32,000 bases of DNA from Nonlabens ponticola (GTDB lineage Bacteria; Bacteroidota; Bacteroidia; Flavobacteriales; Flavobacteriaceae). Under the pieces are notes generated by a model that worked only from the letters and a program-made list of their open reading frames with translations, did not search any database and was not told the origin of the DNA. The DNA lies in contig NZ_CP034549.1 of the NCBI RefSeq assembly GCF_003966335.1, forward strand, positions 1,740,001 to 1,772,000. Reading direction: 5' to 3'. The position numbers were made by a program, and so were the translations under genes. Each line of letters opens with the position of its first letter. The first letter of the stretch is position 1. Shown here piece after piece: positions 17,648-26,907 of the stretch.

Positions 17648-19543
17648 ATGATGACCAAAAAACTACTAGTAGCCATTACGATCTTGACAAGCTTCAGTGC
17701 TCTTGCCCAAACACCAGCGCAACGTGCACGTATCACGGCAAACTACGATCACGATAAGATTGAATCTATTAAACAAGATTTCCTTAAGCAACAAGAGATC
17801 AATAAGTCAGAAGTTGAAGCTTATCTAGCTGCAAACCCATCCATCGCTAAATCTTTCATTCAAGGCGACGAGGACGAAGTATGGATTTCAGGAATAGATA
17901 GATACGGTCAACCAATCATTATCACAACAACAAATTTTGAAGGTGGTGAGACTATTGGGTCTGTACACCTTTATGATGGAGGCTCTTTGGGGCTCAATAT
18001 AGACGGTAGCGGTATTACTGCTGGAATTTGGGATGGCGGTTATGCTCGTCAAAATCATGCTGAGTTTGGAAGGCGTGTGGATATAGGTGAAAGTGGTCAA
18101 GAAGATAGCGCGCATGGTACTCACGTAGGTGGTACTATGATTGCAGAAGGTAAGAATGATATAAGACTTAGAGGTATAGCTCCTAATGGAAATCTAATCA
18201 CGTATCGATTTGACAACGATGCTTTTGAAATGCTTGAAGAGGCGCAGAACGGTATGCTTGTTTCTAATCACTCATATGGACGTGGAGTTACCGAGAATAC
18301 TGATGTAGCAATATTTGGTAAATATGATGGCTCATCACAACAATTTGATATCATTACAGATGCTAATCCTTTTTATCTACCTGTTGTCAGTGCTGGTAAT
18401 GATAGAGGTAAAGGCCTCAATGCAAGAAAAAGCGGTTATGATCTATTGACAGATAGAACTCTTTCTAAAAACAGCCTAGTGGTAGGTGCCATCCTTAGTG
18501 TTGAAGAATATGTAGATGAGGATGATGTAACAATGTCAACTTTCAGTTCTTGGGGTCCTAGCGACGATGGTAGAATCAAGCCAGATGTAGTTGCAAAAGG
18601 CGTTAATGTTTTAAGTACTTATAGTAGAAGTACTACAGACAGCGCTATACTTCAAGGAACAAGTATGTCAGCGCCTATGGTCTCTGGTGCTGTGATGTTG
18701 CTACAACAGTTGTATAGCGAGCAAGAAGGAACTTTTATGAAGTCTGCCACAGTAAGAGGTCTAGTATCAATGACCACAAAGGAAGCTGGTAAGAATGAAG
18801 GTCCAGATTATCAATACGGTTGGGGTCTCCTGGATGTTGAAGCAGCTGCCAAGATGATTTTAGGATTGAATGAAACATCATTTATTGAAGAAAAAACATT
18901 GTTCAATGGTCAGGCACAAGAGCAAACTTTTGCGACTCGTGATGATGATGAATTAACTTTTACCATTAGCTGGACAGATAGACCAGGACAACTTCCTAGT
19001 GAGGAGCGAGATGATCGTACACCGGTTTTAGTAAATAATCTTGATATTAAGGTTGTTGCCGAAGATGGTACCGAGTTCTTCCCATATTTGTTAGATCCTT
19101 CAAGCACTAGATCTTCTGCACAGCGCGGTATCAATAATGTTGATAATATCGAGGTAGTAAAAATCTCAAAACCATCGGGTAACTACAGAGTAATTGTAAG
19201 TAATCAAGGAATATTAGATGGTTTCCAGCAGGACTATACGATGATGGTAAACGGCGCAACGCCATCAACCGCATCAAACATACAGCAGGACATTGCTTCA
19301 TTGAGTGTTTATCCTAATCCTGCCAGCAACTTCTTTAATGTGACGTTTAGCTCTGGAATAGATGGACGTGAGGTAGATATCAATGTTTACAATTCATTAG
19401 GTCAGCAAGTGATCTCAAAGACTTTTGATAACAACGGTAACTTTAATCAACGTATAAATACACAAGGTTTGAGTAGCGGTTTATACGTCGTACAAATAGG
19501 CGATGGCAATGTATCAACGACTCGCAAGTTGGTGATAAGATAA
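17648..19543 (+). CDS. S8-family subtilisin-like serine protease with a T9SS C-terminal sorting domain
   Basis: Signal peptide. The catalytic triad contexts are AGIWDGG (Asp), HGTHVGGT (His) and GTSMSAPMVSGA (Ser). The C-terminal ~80 aa LSVYPNPASNFFNV...GLYVVQIGD...RKLVI is a Por/T9SS tail. Confidence 0.85.
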   Translation: MMTKKLLVAITILTSFSALAQTPAQRARITANYDHDKIESIKQDFLKQQEINKSEVEAYLAANPSIAKSFIQGDEDEVWISGIDRYGQPIIITTTNFEGGETIGSVHLYDGGSLGLNIDGSGITAGIWDGGYARQNHAEFGRRVDIGESGQEDSAHGTHVGGTMIAEGKNDIRLRGIAPNGNLITYRFDNDAFEMLEEAQNGMLVSNHSYGRGVTENTDVAIFGKYDGSSQQFDIITDANPFYLPVVSAGNDRGKGLNARKSGYDLLTDRTLSKNSLVVGAILSVEEYVDEDDVTMSTFSSWGPSDDGRIKPDVVAKGVNVLSTYSRSTTDSAILQGTSMSAPMVSGAVMLLQQLYSEQEGTFMKSATVRGLVSMTTKEAGKNEGPDYQYGWGLLDVEAAAKMILGLNETSFIEEKTLFNGQAQEQTFATRDDDELTFTISWTDRPGQLPSEERDDRTPVLVNNLDIKVVAEDGTEFFPYLLDPSSTRSSAQRGINNVDNIEVVKISKPSGNYRVIVSNQGILDGFQQDYTMMVNGATPSTASNIQQDIASLSVYPNPASNFFNVTFSSGIDGREVDINVYNSLGQQVISKTFDNNGNFNQRINTQGLSSGLYVVQIGDGNVSTTRKLVIR

Positions 19544-19566
19544 CACAGTAACTCTTTTCTCAAAGT

Positions 19567-19598
19567 AAAAAACCTCGACCGTATGGTCGAGGTTTTTT
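19567..19598. terminator. Bidirectional terminator
   Basis: aaaaaacctcgacc-gtat-ggtcgaggtttttt between convergent genes. Confidence 0.65.
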
Positions 19599-19618
19599 GA
19601 TTACGATACAATTGTAAT

Positions 19619-20074
19619 CTAATAAATCTCTTTGATTTTGTATTCCTTATCGTTGAATTTAAATTCATCTCCTTCTTTAAGACCGTCCATAGCCTTGTAT
19701 AGTGGTGCCTCTGTAGATATGGCATAAACCTTATCATGTCCTTCCATCATGGTAAGTTCACCCATTGGGATGCTCACTAGAAAAACATTATTCTCTGTCC
19801 TGACAATGGCACCTTGTTGCACGTCCTGCTTACCACCGTGAAAATCGATATTTCCCCATTTGATCAACATATCCTCATGCTCTTCACGCAATTGGGCATA
19901 ACGTTCCAGATCGCCTAGAAGTTCGCCATGACTATCGTCATTATCATACCCATGTTTCACATCGCCACTTTCCAGTGTCTCGTTGATGTTTTCCATCTTC
20001 TCCTTATAAACAGCGGTGCGTTCCTGTATCTCTTTTTTGAGAGCAGCAACAGCAATCTTCTTCAAATCTTTCAT
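19619..20074 (-). CDS. Protein with a GreA/GreB C-terminal-domain-like region
   Basis: The N-terminal half is charged and coiled-coil-like. The C-terminal AISTEAPLYKAMDGLKEGDEFKFNDKEYKIKEIY fits the GreA C-domain pattern IS..SP.G.AL.G...GD. Confidence 0.5.
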   Translation of the reverse strand: MKDLKKIAVAALKKEIQERTAVYKEKMENINETLESGDVKHGYDNDDSHGELLGDLERYAQLREEHEDMLIKWGNIDFHGGKQDVQQGAIVRTENNVFLVSIPMGELTMMEGHDKVYAISTEAPLYKAMDGLKEGDEFKFNDKEYKIKEIY

Positions 20075-20143
20075 AGTTGATTTTTGAAGTAAAGATATAG
20101 GCAGGCAATAGCGCTAATGGCTGTCTTAATTAAAATTTAGCAT

Positions 20144-20557
20144 TCAGGAAAGATCGATGGATGGGCGCTCAAACATCTGTATACTGCTTATCAATCGCTC
20201 ACGCACGATATTCATCATGCGCTTGTTTAGTGCGCTGCTATTGGCAATATAAGACGCATACTCAGGCATGGTAAACATACCTATGATAATGCCCTTAAGC
20301 GAGTTACGGAATTTTTGATCCCTATTCACCGCATTTTCAATGTAATCCACTCGCTTTACTGCTGTCAAACCGTAAAACACATTCTTATGCTTCCTGATGT
20401 AGTTATGAAAAACCTGTATAAGCAGGTCATGTTGCAGCTTTGCGACCGGTCGCAACGTTCTGTTTTGAAACTGCTCATCAGCACTCATCGTATCGTCCAC
20501 ACGCGCATTCGGCAATTCAGGTCTCAGGGCTACAAGATACTCGTCTCTATTTTTCAT
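20144..20557 (-). CDS. Conserved-looking hypothetical protein
   Basis: 137 aa with an ATG start, in an apparent operon with 19619..20074. I recognise no motif. Confidence 0.5.
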   Translation of the reverse strand: MKNRDEYLVALRPELPNARVDDTMSADEQFQNRTLRPVAKLQHDLLIQVFHNYIRKHKNVFYGLTAVKRVDYIENAVNRDQKFRNSLKGIIIGMFTMPEYASYIANSSALNKRMMNIVRERLISSIQMFERPSIDLS

Positions 20558-20595
20558 AATGGCAGTTTTTTAAATGTAGTGATGATGGTGATTTG

Positions 20596-20617
20596 TTAGC
20601 TTTCGCGAAAGCTAACT
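20596..20617. repeat. Perfect 22-nt palindrome gttagctttcgcgaaagctaac (extended member of the GCTTTCGCGAAAGC family) in a divergent promoter region
   Basis: Self-complementary over 22 nt. It shares 18 nt (gctttcgcgaaagctaac) with the parE-upstream copy. Confidence 0.7.
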
Positions 20618-20710
20618 TTCTAAACAACCTTATCAACAGGAAGCAATAGTTAAACCCATGTAAAGTGATCCTGCACGGCGGCGGCATTGACTTATTTTTA
20701 AAATAAAAAC

Positions 20711-22075
20711 ATGATAACCACCATCAACCCATATACCGGCAATGTCCTTAAGGAGCATGTGCCAGACAGCGCAGATCAAATTGAAACTAAACTTAAAATA
20801 GCAGACAAAGCCTACAAACACTGGCGAGATACTGACATGGAGTTCCGTGCCCAATTGATACGTCGGGTAGGCGAATTTCTTAAGAAAAATGAAGATGAGT
20901 ATGCAAAGCAAATGACCCTTGAAATGGGAAAACCTATCTCGCAATCCAGATCAGAACTTGAGAAATGTGCGTGGTTGTGTGAATATTATGCTGATAAGGC
21001 GCCAGAGTTTTTAAAAAGTGAATCCTTTGCCACTGAATATTTCAAATCCTATGTGAGCTATGAGCCTATAGGTGTCGTGCTAGCAGTCATGCCGTGGAAC
21101 TATCCATTCTGGCAAGTAATGCGTTTTATCGTGCCAGCACTCATGGCCGGTAATGTAGGAGTGCTCAAGCATGCCAGTAGTGTGATGGGTAGCGCGCTAT
21201 TACTTGAACAATTATTCAGTGATGCAGGATTTCCTGAAGGTTGTTTTACCAACCTTACTGTGAGTAGCGATCCTATAGAAGAGGTGATAAAAAATCCTAT
21301 CATCAAGGCAGTAACGCTTACAGGTTCAAAACCTGCAGGTAGTGCCGTTGCTGGAACAGCTGGCTCACAAATCAAGAAAACTGTCTTGGAATTAGGCGGT
21401 AACAATGCGCTGGTTGTTTTTAAGGATGCACATATTGATAGTGCGGTGGAGACCTGTGTTACCGCCAGATATCAAAACACGGGACAAAGCTGTATTGCTG
21501 GCAAACGATTGTTATTACATGAGGATATCTATCATGAATTTCTCGCCAAATTTACCGATAAGGTAAAAAGTCTGAAATCAGGTAATCCACTAGACGAGGA
21601 TACGTATATAGGAGTGATGGCACGTGAAGAACTCGCTGAAGAGCTGGAAGAATTAATGCACAAGTCTGTTGAGATGGGAGCACAATTTCATCTAGGTGGT
21701 AAACGTGATGGTGCTTATTTTCAGCCTACTATCTTGACGCATGTTACACGCCATATGCCTGTGTTTAAGGAAGAAACCTTTGGTCCACTTATTGCCGTCT
21801 CCAGTTTTACAACAGATGATGAAGCTATCGATATGATCAATGATTCGGATTTTGGATTAGGAGCTAGCCTTTTTTCTCAAGATCTGGAGCGCATGCAGAA
21901 GCTGAGTCCACGAATTGATGATGGTGCTGTATTTATCAATGAAAAAGTGACGAGTCATCCTAATTTACCTTTTGGAGGTACTGGAATTTCGGGTTACGGC
22001 CGTGAGCTGTCCGAGTTTGGTATCAGAGAATTTGTCAATATTAAAACTGTGGTGGTCAATTTATACCAAGAATAA
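20711..22075 (+). CDS. NAD(P)-dependent aldehyde dehydrogenase (succinate-semialdehyde dehydrogenase-like)
   Basis: 454 aa. The ALDH motifs are MPWNYPFWQ, LELGGNNA (catalytic Glu), GQSCIAGKR (catalytic Cys) and EETFGP. Confidence 0.9.
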   Translation: MITTINPYTGNVLKEHVPDSADQIETKLKIADKAYKHWRDTDMEFRAQLIRRVGEFLKKNEDEYAKQMTLEMGKPISQSRSELEKCAWLCEYYADKAPEFLKSESFATEYFKSYVSYEPIGVVLAVMPWNYPFWQVMRFIVPALMAGNVGVLKHASSVMGSALLLEQLFSDAGFPEGCFTNLTVSSDPIEEVIKNPIIKAVTLTGSKPAGSAVAGTAGSQIKKTVLELGGNNALVVFKDAHIDSAVETCVTARYQNTGQSCIAGKRLLLHEDIYHEFLAKFTDKVKSLKSGNPLDEDTYIGVMAREELAEELEELMHKSVEMGAQFHLGGKRDGAYFQPTILTHVTRHMPVFKEETFGPLIAVSSFTTDDEAIDMINDSDFGLGASLFSQDLERMQKLSPRIDDGAVFINEKVTSHPNLPFGGTGISGYGRELSEFGIREFVNIKTVVVNLYQE

Positions 22076-22110
22076 AATTGCGGTCACATGAGTCTTGAAC
22101 AGCCGTTGAT

Positions 22111-22692
22111 CTAGCGATCAGCGGTTTTTTGGTTGAGAAAAAACCATTGTAATCCTATCAAACTTATGCTGTTGTTAATTTCTTGAGCCATGAGCATGCG
22201 GTAGGCTTCTTGTCTAGAAATTTTTACAAGTTCGATATCTTCCTTTTCTGCAGGATTTCCTGATGCATCATTTGTCCTATCGTGAGTACGGACTTGTGCA
22301 TAGAATAATTGTATTTGTTCTGAGCAGCCACCTGGCGATGGAAAATAGCTAGCGATCCTTTCAAGGTCTTTAATTTGGTAACCTAATTCTTCTAAGGTTT
22401 CTCGTTTGGCACAAGCTTCTGGTTTTTCGTTTTTATCAATGGATCCAGCGACCAACTCCAACATCCATGGATGTTCACGTCGTGCACTAGGATACCTGAA
22501 TTGTCTGGTAAAAATGAATTGATCAGTATCTTTTTCATAAATCAGCACTGCGGCGCTGTCACCTCGTTCTAGACATTCTCTCGTTGCATTGATCTTTTGA
22601 TTATCATGAAAACGATCATGAATAACTTGTGCTTTTATCACCCTAAGAAATCCGTCGTATACAGCTTTCTCATTCTCGATTGTGTAGTTCAT
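22111..22692 (-). CDS. NUDIX hydrolase (ADP-ribose / nucleotide-sugar pyrophosphatase-like)
   Basis: The Nudix box GSIDKNEKPEACAKRETLEELGY fits GX5EX7REUXEEXGU exactly. Confidence 0.85.
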   Translation of the reverse strand: MNYTIENEKAVYDGFLRVIKAQVIHDRFHDNQKINATRECLERGDSAAVLIYEKDTDQFIFTRQFRYPSARREHPWMLELVAGSIDKNEKPEACAKRETLEELGYQIKDLERIASYFPSPGGCSEQIQLFYAQVRTHDRTNDASGNPAEKEDIELVKISRQEAYRMLMAQEINNSISLIGLQWFFLNQKTADR

Positions 22693-22785
22693 TAAAGTTT
22701 GGCTTGTGTGTCAAGTTAAGAATGTAGCTGCTCAACTGGCGCTTCGCTTTCAAATTCTTAACTTTATGGTCTAATCATTTTTTTC

Positions 22786-25233
22786 ATGAACAAGAAATTA
22801 TTGCTATCCATCCTGCTAGCAGGAACCCTAGGTTTTTCAGGATGTAAATCCAGTAAACCAGCAGTCGCTGCAAAAAAATCACAATCGTCAAAGGACGATA
22901 AAATGGAATCTTACTCAAAAGTCATAACCAGCAAGGCTGTGACTGATGAAGGATTGTTTGCAGTACATAAAGTAGGAGATAAGTATTATTATGAGATACC
23001 AGACAGTTTACTAGGCCGTGATATGCTGTTAGTAAGCCGTATTGCTCAAATACCAGCTAATCTAGGTGGTGGCTACCTTAATGCAGGAAGCAAGACTAAT
23101 GAGCAAGTGGTTTCATGGGAGCGATTTCAGGATAATATTTTATTGAAGGTTAAATCTTTCGCAGAGATATCGTCTGATCCCAACGCTGCCATAGGAAATA
23201 GTGTACGCGTCAATAATTATGAACCGACGCTGCAAGCGTTTGAAATAAAAACCATCAATAACGACTCTACCGCAACTGTGATTGATGTGACAGGTTTCTT
23301 CAAGGACGATATACCTGCATTGAGCGGATTGAATTCAAGATTGCGTACCAGTTATAAAGTGAGGAATCTAGATAAGGATCGCAGTTTTATAAACTCTATG
23401 AAGAGTTTCCCAATGAATGTTGAGGTAAAACAAGACTTTACCTATAATGCATCAAATCCACCTTCTAATTCCTCAGTAGGTTCTATAAGTCTGCAAATGA
23501 ATCAATCAATGATCTTGCTGCCAGAAGAGCCTATGCAACCTCGATTATTTGATCCTCGTGTAGGATTCTTTACTGTAGATCAAATAGATTATTCCAGCAC
23601 TGCCTTAAAAGCAGATGAGAAAACTTACATAAGAAGATGGAAGCTAGAGCCTAAAGATCCTGAAGCTTATGCTCGCGGTGAGTTGGTAGAACCGATAAAG
23701 CCTATCGTGTATTACCTAGACCCAGGAACACCAGAAAGTCTCAAAAAATACATCAAACAAGGAATAGAGGATTGGCAAGGGCCGTTTGAAACAGCAGGTT
23801 TCAAAAATGCCATCATCGCCAAGGATGCTCCAACGGCAGAAGAAGATCCAGAATTTAGCCCAGAAGACATCAGGTATTCTGTTGTTCGTTATGTGGCGAG
23901 TACAACGCGTAATGCAGTTGGCCCAAGTGTAAGTGACCCAAGATCTGGTGAGATTATTGAGAGTGACATCATTTGGTATCACAATCACCTGAGATCTTAT
24001 AGAAATAGATATTTATTGGAAACAGGTGCTGCGAATCCTTCAGCGCGCACGCTGGATACTCCAACCGAAGAAATAGGAGAGATGATGCGTCAGGTTATCG
24101 CCCATGAAGTAGGCCACGCGCTAGGTTTTCCACATAATATGGCCGCAAGTTATGCTTATGAGGTAGAAGATTATCGCGATGCCGCATTTACACAAGCAAA
24201 TGGTATTGCTGCCAGTTTGATGGATTATGCTCGTTACAACTACATCGCACAGCCTGGTGATGAAGGTGTGAGATTTGTTCGTCAAATGGGACCTTATGAT
24301 CACTATGCGGTTAATTGGGGTTATCGTGTACTACCAGATGCCGAAAGTCCAGAAGATGAAGTAGCAACACTTAACAAGTGGATTCTGGAAAAGGCAGATG
24401 ATCCACGATATAAATTTGGCCGCCAGAGCAGCCGTTTTGATCCACAATCGCAGACAGAAGCCATAGGAAATGACCCGTTGAGAGCCAGTAGCTACGGAAT
24501 CAAAAACCTAAAATACGTTGTTCAAAATTTGCCTAAATGGACGTCTGACACCACAAATGATTACGACGATTTAGAAGAATTGTACGGTGAATTATTAGGC
24601 GTTTGGTCTAGATATACTGGTCATGTTGTGACCAATGTAGGTGGCGTGAATGAGGATTTGAAGAAGCCAGAACAAAACGGCACGGTTTACTCTAATGTTG
24701 ACAAAGAAACACAAGAGAAATCTGTGCAATGGTTGTTTGATAATGTGTTTGAAACACCTCAATGGTTGCTTGATAAAGACATTCTACAAAACATCGATTA
24801 CTCTGGCTATGCAGAGCGTATGAGATCGATTCAGGTACGACAGCTTAATAATTTGTTGAGCTTGGACCGTATGGGTAGATTGATTAATGCAGAGACTGTG
24901 AGCGATGAATACTACAGTGCTAATGATTTACTGAGCGATGTTTCTCAAGGTATGTTCCAGCAGTCAGGCAGGCTGGATGTTTATCAACGTAATTTACAAC
25001 GCGCTTATATTGATAGATTGGATTATTTAATGACTGGCGAGATGCAACGTGGTCGTAGCGGTTATTATTACGATGTCAATCAAAGCGATGTAAGAGCCAT
25101 TACTCGTGGTGAACTCAATAGATTAAAGCGCACACTGGCTAGCAAAGCAAGAGGTACGCGTGATACGGTAACAAGATATCATTATGATGACCTTTTGGCG
25201 AGAGTAGATAATATTCTCAATCCAGAGAAATAG
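22786..25233 (+). CDS. Large secreted zinc metalloprotease (DUF5117/DUF4953-type) lipoprotein
   Basis: Lipobox LGFSGC. The zinc motif is HEVGHALGFPHN. The 815-aa architecture is common in Bacteroidota. Confidence 0.8.
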   Translation: MNKKLLLSILLAGTLGFSGCKSSKPAVAAKKSQSSKDDKMESYSKVITSKAVTDEGLFAVHKVGDKYYYEIPDSLLGRDMLLVSRIAQIPANLGGGYLNAGSKTNEQVVSWERFQDNILLKVKSFAEISSDPNAAIGNSVRVNNYEPTLQAFEIKTINNDSTATVIDVTGFFKDDIPALSGLNSRLRTSYKVRNLDKDRSFINSMKSFPMNVEVKQDFTYNASNPPSNSSVGSISLQMNQSMILLPEEPMQPRLFDPRVGFFTVDQIDYSSTALKADEKTYIRRWKLEPKDPEAYARGELVEPIKPIVYYLDPGTPESLKKYIKQGIEDWQGPFETAGFKNAIIAKDAPTAEEDPEFSPEDIRYSVVRYVASTTRNAVGPSVSDPRSGEIIESDIIWYHNHLRSYRNRYLLETGAANPSARTLDTPTEEIGEMMRQVIAHEVGHALGFPHNMAASYAYEVEDYRDAAFTQANGIAASLMDYARYNYIAQPGDEGVRFVRQMGPYDHYAVNWGYRVLPDAESPEDEVATLNKWILEKADDPRYKFGRQSSRFDPQSQTEAIGNDPLRASSYGIKNLKYVVQNLPKWTSDTTNDYDDLEELYGELLGVWSRYTGHVVTNVGGVNEDLKKPEQNGTVYSNVDKETQEKSVQWLFDNVFETPQWLLDKDILQNIDYSGYAERMRSIQVRQLNNLLSLDRMGRLINAETVSDEYYSANDLLSDVSQGMFQQSGRLDVYQRNLQRAYIDRLDYLMTGEMQRGRSGYYYDVNQSDVRAITRGELNRLKRTLASKARGTRDTVTRYHYDDLLARVDNILNPEK

Positions 25234-25249
25234 TATTTTAATAAAACAG

Positions 25250-25279
25250 AAAAGCAGGCAGTATGGCCTGCTTTTTTTA
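25250..25279 (+). terminator. Rho-independent terminator
   Basis: agcaggc-agtatg-gcctgct followed by ttttttt. Confidence 0.6.
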
Positions 25280-25363
25280 TGCTTTGTTTTTTGTTTCTTG
25301 CATTACCATTTATCTCAAAATGGTAGCTTAGCGTAATGTATCATTAAACCTTCACCTACATAA

Positions 25364-26794
25364 ATGCTCAGAGTAGTTAAACATATTCTTATTAAGTCAA
25401 AGGAGTACACGCTGATTGCATTTTTTCTCATGTCCACTAATGCACTAGCACATATCTCTGAAGCGCATGAACGCATAGAAAAGGAGGCATATAAACTATT
25501 GATAGAGCAAGAAGCTACTGAAAATCATCCAGATGGTCTTAGCATGTTCAACTATTTGGTAGCTCAAAATTATATTAAAGAATCTGATGAGGCGAGTAGT
25601 GCCTACCCAGATCTAGACTTGAGTCGTCAATTTCTTTCTGATAGACAGATTTATCATTTTATGGCAAGTAGTCGCTATGTAATGCAAGCGCTACGTCGTT
25701 ATGATAACATAGATGAGCAGCAACATTATATTATCAGTAAAGCATTGCCAGAATGCATCAATCTGCTATACACCTTGACTCGTGAGACGATTGATAATCC
25801 AACTGGAGCCAATCAAGCAGGTCGCGGCATATACGTGTTGATGCACGCCATCACTGATTCCTATTCTAGGGAGCATACGATAAGGCAACCTATTACTCAC
25901 AACATTCAAAATATTAAAAGTTGGAAACTGTCACGTCTATTTTGGCCAGAAGTAGCCAAGTTGAAGGCTGATAACTCAAATGATGAAGTTGAGACCTTGG
26001 TGTTTCTTCACTCTATTGAGGGCAAGGCAGATGCAGAATGGGTCGACGAAGAAGGAAATTTAAATGAAGAAGCAAAAGCAGCGGTAAATGCTATAAAAGA
26101 GCTGCTAATTATCATTTACCAAGCAACACAAAATAAAGCTGAGGTAGATTCATTGATCACTTCTTACATAGGCAAACATTTTCAGCCAGTTGGTGCGGTG
26201 GTGAATGACCAACAATTTGTCTTTGAGACTGAGAATACGACTATGGATTTGAGTTATGAAGATGGATATTTTGATAATTCAAATGTTCTAGAGTTAGACC
26301 GCTATCCACATTACTCACATATGCTTACTTTTCAAAATGGATTATCCCAAATTGAAAGACCATCTTTTGGGTATGAGTTAGGTATTCACATATCGCCCAG
26401 AGCTGCATTTTCCTCAACATCCTTTTTCCAGAGACTGCCTTACGGCATTGTGATAGGAATCAATGAGAATACTGATATTTTACCAGATGCATCGCTAGTA
26501 GAATCCTTACAATTCAAAGCCGCTGCCAAGGTGATGTTTTATCTACCGCTGCGCAATTTGGTACTGGAACCCAGATTAGGATTGGGAATGACGCCTCTCA
26601 ATTCTAATGACAACAACCTTGGCTTACTTACGGGCTTTGATGTGGCATTCAATCTAGGTAGAGACAATAATCGCCAACGAACCAAACGTTTCTCCATAGG
26701 CTATGAGTACGATGCTTCTGGACTTCATTCTTACAACAGTATTTTGTTGAAAGCAGGTTTCAATAATTGGCAAGGGCGAGTTGTAAAGAAGTAA
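25364..26794 (+). CDS. Secreted protein: N-terminal phospholipase C / P1-nuclease-like zinc-site motifs, C-terminal beta-rich region
   Basis: Signal peptide ends ...NALA|HISEAH. The motif MHAITDSYSREH (H-x3-D-x5-H) has the spacing of the zinc ligands H118/D122/H128 of B. cereus PLC and H116/D120/H126 of P1 nuclease. Function is tentative. Confidence 0.45.
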   Translation: MLRVVKHILIKSKEYTLIAFFLMSTNALAHISEAHERIEKEAYKLLIEQEATENHPDGLSMFNYLVAQNYIKESDEASSAYPDLDLSRQFLSDRQIYHFMASSRYVMQALRRYDNIDEQQHYIISKALPECINLLYTLTRETIDNPTGANQAGRGIYVLMHAITDSYSREHTIRQPITHNIQNIKSWKLSRLFWPEVAKLKADNSNDEVETLVFLHSIEGKADAEWVDEEGNLNEEAKAAVNAIKELLIIIYQATQNKAEVDSLITSYIGKHFQPVGAVVNDQQFVFETENTTMDLSYEDGYFDNSNVLELDRYPHYSHMLTFQNGLSQIERPSFGYELGIHISPRAAFSSTSFFQRLPYGIVIGINENTDILPDASLVESLQFKAAAKVMFYLPLRNLVLEPRLGLGMTPLNSNDNNLGLLTGFDVAFNLGRDNNRQRTKRFSIGYEYDASGLHSYNSILLKAGFNNWQGRVVKK

Positions 26795-26826
26795 GGTTTT
26801 GAGTGGTTAGGAATGAAATTAAAATG

Positions 26827-26893
26827 CTGTAACGACTGTTGCCAAGCAAAAGCCCGATTTTTAAATATTATTTTCTCATATACAATGTTGTTT
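26827..26893 (-). repeat. Degenerate or truncated terminal attC-like remnant
   Basis: ctgtaac...gttgttt ends. The inner part gccaagcaaaagcccgatttttaaatattatttt resembles gccacaagccagatttttaaattttactattt inside the 27552-27749 repeat. The left L-box arm is not recognisable. Confidence 0.35.
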
Positions 26894-26907
26894 ATAGTAC
26901 TTACACG

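Noticed and set aside
17548-17736. 62-aa minus-strand ORF in the dnaN / S8 protease spacer
   Set aside because: It overlaps the S8 protease start and signal peptide, has AT-rich low-complexity content and has no support.
19447-19737. 96-aa minus-strand ORF
   Set aside because: It spans the end of the S8 protease gene, the bidirectional terminator and the 3' end of 19619..20074, so it is incompatible with those better-supported features.
20633-20944. 103-aa minus-strand ORF with a TTG start
   Set aside because: It overlaps the promoter region and 5' end of the aldehyde dehydrogenase gene in antisense and has no recognisable features.
22103-22130. Hairpin ccgttgatc/gatcagcgg plus a T-run as a terminator of the aldehyde dehydrogenase gene
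   Set aside because: This is plausible, but the stem has a mismatch and lies within the 3' end of the convergent NUDIX gene. It is too weak to list as a feature.
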